Below, piece after piece: positions 60,478 to 64,000 of a stretch of DNA of 64,000 bases (positions within the stretch are counted from its first letter, which is position 1; every line of letters begins with the position of its first letter). A program made the translations under genes and the position numbers. Under the pieces are notes generated by a model. It searched no databases, was not told the DNA's origin, and worked only from the letters and a program-made list of their open reading frames with translations. Source of the stretch: the human T2T-CHM13v2.0 reference genome, Homo sapiens; NCBI RefSeq assembly GCF_009914755.1, contig NC_060928.1; one strand, 5' to 3'.

Positions 60478-63270
60478 CTATGGAAAAAAATACAATTAGA
60501 TGCAAATAATTCATATGTAGTTGTTCATTCCTTTAACATGGGAAAAAGCAAAAGTTATTAAAATTTAAATATGTCCCATTCCTTAGAAATAAAGATTAAA
60601 GCATTGCTGAAGTTAGACAATGATAAAATTAAACACTATATCTGCTTAAGTATTAAGGATTACCACATCTGAAGGAGAATATAAGCAGGTTTAGAATAGT
60701 CAATACTCTCAGGAAATCAATTGTGATAACTAATGAGGATTGATTGTCTAAATCAAGTGAAAGACAAGTGAATAGAATGAAATATATAGGCGTTGTAATC
60801 TTTTACTTAATTTTGTACAAACTGTATTTTTTACCTGATTTTTGTAGCACTTTATCAATCTACTACATTTTTCGTTGTTAGTACTTAATTTTATTAAAGT
60901 ACTCTCATTTCAGTATTTGAGCATTATTTTAACAGGATGTTATTTTTCTTTTATATTTGTTATTCTTAAAGATTTACTATATTTTTAAATATTATTCCAT
61001 TAGGTCTAATAGTTTTTTTCTTATATACTGCATCTTTAATTTTAAAATGAAGTTGAAGGGATAAGATTCAGGTACATATTCACTTCAAAGTAAATAATGT
61101 AAAATATATCTAATGATTTGATAAATATGAAAGTAGGATGTAAGCATGCTTCATTCTTCACTAGAACTTAAGTTTATATGAGTCACTTAATAAAATGTAT
61201 AATTGTATTTTAATTTTTTAATTTTTTGCACCTATTTATGTAGTAACCAAAGCAAGTGATTTAATGATGTATAAAATAGCTGATTCAATTCCTAACCTGC
61301 TGTCACCATGCTGTAAAATTCTAGTTGGCAAGCTCATATTTTTAGCAAATAATGAATAACCGAATTGCTATTATGATAACTAAAAGAAAAACTTTTGTAA
61401 GTTAAAACTTGAATAAGATTTGGCATCCCATAAATAGTGCTCCTTGTTCAATGTGCTCTTGTGATCAGAATGTAAGCATTCTCTATGTGTCTCTTACTTG
61501 ACTTTGCTGAGAAAGATAAATTTTTTTGAGAATTTTAAATTCTCAGACTAATCCATCAGCAAGATTACTTTGTCTGCATGCTTTACTTTGGGTATTACTG
61601 TTAACAATAATTTTCCTTCTTATTTTAACCAAGGCTGAGGAAAAACCTTTGGGCCCTTAAAATTTTACAGAAAACATGAAAAACAAAAGTCATCGAGTGA
61701 GTATATGAAAAACAGATGGATCTCACTAGCAATCCCAGAAATGCTTTATACTGAGAATGGCAAATATATACATATAATAATAGATAAAACCAAGTGTTGT
61801 CAAGCATATGGGGAAGCACGAACTTTTACGCACTGCTTATGAGAGCGTAAACCGTATAACCAATCTGTAAAGCAATTGGCAGTACTTAGAGCTATGTGAA
61901 TCCTCAGTGGTCCACTCCAGGGGACATATATGTCACTTCATTTTTTCATGGCAGCAGAAAATTGGAAGCAATTAAGGTCTGCCACTCAGGAAATAGATAA
62001 GCCAAATGTGAGTGATAAGTGATAAGTCATCACTTCTTTCAAAGTCTTTTGGTGATGGGTCACTGTGCATCCAGTATTTAGTTCACTTGTAGACAGCAAA
62101 ACGTGTGGTTGCCTTGCCTTGCCTTCTGATGATAAATCCACATGACATTTAACAAAAGTAGGTAATCAAAAGAAAGAACTGGATGACAGATGAAAGCACA
62201 GACAGTGAATGCTGGAAGTGAATTTGGATGTGACTATAAGACAGCTGATCATGGGATTGTTGACGTAAAAAAATTAAAAGCAGGCTACAGTTTTATATGC
62301 ATGATCTCTATGTGCAAAACAGGTAGTCCTCACTTTGCACAATTCTGAATGCATAAATTTCAGTGACCATCATTATGCAGCACTTATGTAGCAGTAAAAA
62401 ACCAATAAACTAAATGAACATAAAACAACATGCTGATAATTTAGAAATCAAGTTTTGAGGACAAAAATGTAAGGAATAGGAATATACAAACATGAAAAGC
62501 ACCAAATATTTCACATGGATATTGTATATTTATAAGTGTATTTTGAACATATTAGAGTGAACAATATATTGAAGAGTGGCAGGAAGAGGGTGTAGGGATT
62601 GGGAATAAAAGGAAAGAATACATAAGGAAGAGCTCCTGTATGAATCAATAATGTCATGCACCATAATATAAGCAGTATGGTAATACTTGAGGTTCAAAGG
62701 AAAGAAAAAAGCATGGAAGTGAAGAAAGAAAAATTGAAGGATTTAAAAGGAAAATCTAAGGAAGGGTAGTAAAAAAGATCTCATAATGGGTATAGTATTT
62801 GGAAATTTTCTGTGGTGGGTATAATTTTTATTATGTTTTTAAATTTTTTAAGACTGTCAGCTTTAGCATACTGGAAATTGCAGCGACTGAGTTAAAGTCC
62901 CTTTCTCTACAATTTTAATTATCTGAGTTTCAGTATTCTTGTAAAGCAGAGAAAAGTACATCTTAGCTACTCAGCTAACATGTGTGCCAGACTCACAGCA
63001 AGCATTTAATAAATGGTAACTCTTTTATGTTTCTATGAATTACGTGTCTAAATGTCAATTTGATCTCTCTAGAAAAAAGTTTGGTTAAGAAAATACATTA
63101 TCTGGAATTTAGGTACTTGCATCTGATTATACTGTTAAGATAATAGTGTCTTTATAAAAATCATGCCATTCTTTTTCATTTAGTAATAAACAAACTGATA
63201 AACTGTTTAAAATGTTTTAAATTATTGTGTGCTAAAAAACTTGATCCAACAAAGTAAATCCATTGCTTAC

Positions 63271-63385
63271 CTATGAATCCAAGCATTGAAAACTCAATAA
63301 AAAACCAATTATTTGAACTGATATTACCTACAAAATCTGTTATTTTTGTAAAGTACATCTCTTTAGCTATGATATCATCTTCTAG
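63271..63385 (-). CDS. MGAT4D: MGAT4D internal exon (EDD motif of the GT54/GnT-IV family); the gene continues beyond the right edge
   Basis: ttttcag|[39 protein letters not shown]|gtaagc; 115 nt, phase 0 to 1. Confidence 0.93.
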
Positions 63386-63555
63386 CTGAAAAAAAAAACC
63401 CAAAAAGACATTAATATCTTTGACGCTTCCATTGAGTAAAGCTATATTAGCTTGAAAATAAAAAATACAACTGAATATACTGAAGAAAATGGTTTTATAA
63501 AATAATAATTTTATTTCAGTTTCAATTAATTGAAGGTATTTACAGTTAGTTGATT

Positions 63556-63827
63556 TCCTTTTTTTTTTTTTTTTTTTTGAGACAGGGTCTCACTCTGTTA
63601 CCCAGGCTGGAGTGCAGTTGCGTGACTGCAGGCACGTGCCATCATGTCTGGCTAATTTTTACATTATTTGTAGAGATAGGGTTTTACCATGCTGCCCAGG
63701 CTGGTTTCGAATTCCTGGGCTCAAGCGATCCTCCTGCCTTGGCCTCCCAACTCCTGGGCTCAAGTGAGCCTCCCGCCTTGGCCTCCCAAAGTGCCGAGAT
63801 TACAGGTATGAGACACCACACCCTGCT
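63556..63827 (-). mobile_element. Rearranged AluJ-type SINE
   Basis: Right arm internally deleted and left-arm segment tcctgggctcaag...cttggcctcccaa duplicated. Confidence 0.8.
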
Positions 63828-64000
63828 CCATGTTTGATTCTGAGATTAACCAGACAAGAGAGTATCTGTTTCTTTCCTAAATACTAAACATTCCATCTAA
63901 ATCCCTCTTTGAAAGAGTCTCTTTATCTAAATCCACTTTCATCCTCACAAATACTTCAGTTTCTAGTTTAAGACTGTCTTAGTCCATTTGAGCTGTTATA

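Overview
Primate (most likely human) genomic DNA, repeat-rich, with two minus-strand genes in tandem. Left: the 5' half of CLGN (calmegin, the testis calnexin paralog). Its CpG-island promoter and non-coding exon 1 lie at about 31.3-31.4 kb and coding exons 2-8 at 16.8-2.6 kb. All GT/AG boundaries and codon phases are consistent, giving residues 1-295. Right: the last four coding exons and 3' UTR of MGAT4D (GnT1IP, 63.4-47.2 kb). CLGN intron 1 holds a full-length L1PA2-like LINE-1 with target-site duplication, intact ORF1, broken ORF2 and an open ORF0. Its antisense promoter faces CLGN exon 2 only about 255 bp away. The rest is Alu (including a young AluYa5-lineage copy), older L1s, MaLR LTRs (MST, THE1, MLT), a decayed ERVL/LTR33 provirus, DNA-transposon fragments and microsatellites. 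Most notable leads: (1) an L1 antisense-promoter/ORF0 route into the complete CLGN ORF; (2) a frame-compatible MGAT4D-to-CLGN read-through splice; (3) a cassette 5'UTR exon carrying a hairpin and an overlapping uORF; (4) two CLGN amino-acid differences from the remembered reference protein. Gene and repeat names come from recognition by eye, not from a search, and repeat boundaries are approximate unless a target-site duplication (TSD) fixes them.
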